From Oligoflexales bacterium (lineage in GTDB: Bacteria; Bdellovibrionota_B; Oligoflexia; Oligoflexales; Bog-1112), in assembly GCA_045106415.1 (NCBI GenBank), contig JBGCEP010000027.1, positions 76,432-140,431 of the forward strand: 64,000 nucleotides of DNA. Reading direction: 5' to 3'. Both the position numbers and the translations under genes were made by a program. The notes beneath the pieces were generated by a model. The model did no database searches. It worked only from the letters and a program-made list of their open reading frames with translations, and was not told where the DNA came from. Positions 62,335 through 64,000 of this stretch are shown in pieces. How positions within the stretch are numbered: position 1 is the stretch's first letter; every line of letters starts with the position of its first letter.

Positions 62335-63738
62335 ATGGGTTTATCATGCTTAAAGGATAGTGTTCCGACAGATTATCAACTCGCTTTGCAGTCCTACTGG
62401 CACAGTGCACGAGACAAGTGCGTGTCTGCCATCCAGGATAAGCTACTTACTGAGGCTTGCGATGAAACTTCGCCTGCTTACTATCGACTTTGGATTGATG
62501 ATTTAGCACGCCGAGAAGAAAAAGACTCTCTAGAAGAGTTAAACCGCCACCTCCTTACCCAAGGCCTCGAATGGCCTGAATTCAGCACAACATTTCGGGC
62601 ATTGCGCGGGATCATCCATCTTGAAAAAGACGAATTCAAAATGGCCACTCTCTTATCTGAAACTTTTCAAGACGACGAAGAGGAGAATCCTTGGATTCTT
62701 GAGTTTCTAGAGCGTCTCAGCCATAGAACAACTCCTAAAACATACCTTAAAAACATTGAGACAATCGATTATTTCCATTATCAGACAGCTGCCACAACGC
62801 AGATCATGTTAAACCAACCAAAAGAATGTGAAAAAATTCTGAAAGTCACATGTAATAAAATTTTTACAGACTGCCCAGATTTGTTACTCTTTCAAATTCA
62901 TTCAAAACTTGATGAAGCCAGCCAAATGTGGGAGTTTGACGCTCTCATTGATCGAGCCAAAACTGTCTCCCAGAGATGGAAGGAGAATATAGAAGGATGG
63001 TTCCTCCTAGGTTACCTTCAAGTTCGTGCTGAAAGGTTCCCTGAAGCCATAGAAACTCTAGAGCATGCAAATAAAATGGCTATGGGGCGAGACACTGACA
63101 TTCTCACTCTGCTTGCACATTCATATATTACTCGCGCAGACCACACGCACGGCACACATCATGCACAAAAAGTACAAAGCGAAGATTGGAAACACAGTGA
63201 TTCTTTGTTTCGCACATCTAAAGACCGCATGATTCAAAGCGGGCTTCCTATCCGAGAAGTGTCACTTTCCATCGAGTCTCTCAATCTTGATAAACATCTC
63301 GCAAATAACATTGAAGAGCTCCCTGGAAAAAGAGTTTGGGCTCTTTTTGTTGGAGCAAATCAATTCAATACCCTGAGAACAGAAAACGAAGAAGACATAC
63401 AATATATTTTTCAGCACACACCAGTCGTCCCTTCACCAAACGACATTGTCCTCATGTTATGGGATGAAGAGCAACAGTGCCGCCTAGCAAGTGTTTATGT
63501 CGTAGCTGGTGAGCCTACATGGCATCCTTTGCATAAAAACGAATCTATCCTTCAACTCTGCACACGACCGGAAAGAAGCATTACTCTCGATATAGAACGA
63601 ACCCCAGAAGAAAAGAGAAAAAACATTTTAGAATTCGAAATAGAAGCTATTGATCATATTTTTGAGGGCATACGAACGCATAATGATCCTTATGCCGAAA
63701 CCTCTTTTGAGCCCATCACTCTTGCAAAAACATCGTAA
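62335..63738 (+). CDS. TPR-containing protein with an unassigned C-terminal alpha/beta domain
   Basis: TPR segment EGWFLLGYLQVRAERFPEAIETLEHA, with GGAG RBS. Confidence 0.7.
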   Translation: MGLSCLKDSVPTDYQLALQSYWHSARDKCVSAIQDKLLTEACDETSPAYYRLWIDDLARREEKDSLEELNRHLLTQGLEWPEFSTTFRALRGIIHLEKDEFKMATLLSETFQDDEEENPWILEFLERLSHRTTPKTYLKNIETIDYFHYQTAATTQIMLNQPKECEKILKVTCNKIFTDCPDLLLFQIHSKLDEASQMWEFDALIDRAKTVSQRWKENIEGWFLLGYLQVRAERFPEAIETLEHANKMAMGRDTDILTLLAHSYITRADHTHGTHHAQKVQSEDWKHSDSLFRTSKDRMIQSGLPIREVSLSIESLNLDKHLANNIEELPGKRVWALFVGANQFNTLRTENEEDIQYIFQHTPVVPSPNDIVLMLWDEEQQCRLASVYVVAGEPTWHPLHKNESILQLCTRPERSITLDIERTPEEKRKNILEFEIEAIDHIFEGIRTHNDPYAETSFEPITLAKTS

Positions 63739-63752
63739 GGAGATCAAATATC

Positions 63753-64000
63753 ATGTTTCGCTTTTTCTTTGCTTTTTCACACTTTCTGCTCTACGTAGTC
63801 GCTCTATCTTCAGTTTGCCTTGCGCAAGAAGACATCATCTCAGATGGGAGCGTTCTTCATATTGAAGACAAAGAGTTTAAAGTCACTCCACCCATAGGGT
63901 GGGAGGTTCATAACAGTGATGGGCGAAGTGGGCTTCTTCTACAAAAACCTTTTGTAGAAGGAATGAAATATCAACCCAACATTCGTGTCATGACTTTTCA
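63753..64000 (+). CDS. 5' part of an exported protein, truncated by the window end
   Basis: AAGGAG RBS, then MFRFFFAFSHFLLYVVALSSVCLAQ...FKVTPPIGWEV, open to the end of the window. Confidence 0.7.
   Translation, partial: MFRFFFAFSHFLLYVVALSSVCLAQEDIISDGSVLHIEDKEFKVTPPIGWEVHNSDGRSGLLLQKPFVEGMKYQPNIRVMTF

Overview
A 64 kb AT-rich bacterial chromosome segment. Gene content (myxobacterial-type PilZ protein, DUF1501/heme-lipoprotein cluster, TPR proteins, many secreted orphans, lpdA-E2 pair) suggests a deltaproteobacterial-type lineage such as Bdellovibrionota/Oligoflexia; this is inference. Most genes are housekeeping: cysS, greA, tyrS, cobU, ubiE, E2/lpdA, tig-clpP-clpX-lon, rpmG, fumC, der-rnc, mltG, lipA, gcdH, kynU and deaD. 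A decayed IS cluster at 37.6-39.5 kb holds a TnpB remnant between two inverted IS630 fragments. I saw no rRNA, tRNA or CRISPR array. The most striking signal is a scattered set of signal-peptide-bearing proteins whose domains should only work inside a cell, two of them eukaryote- or giant-virus-like: (1) an NCLDV D6/D11-like SF2 helicase fused to a probable C-terminal outer-membrane beta-barrel; (2) a protein with an acidic region and tandem WRKY19-type C-x4-C-x9-C-x2-H-GGG zinc fingers; (3) an adjacent ADP-ribosyltransferase-like plus Fic AMPylase pair. Together they may form an undescribed effector set aimed at a eukaryotic host or prey. All family assignments come from reading motifs by eye; no database searches were run.
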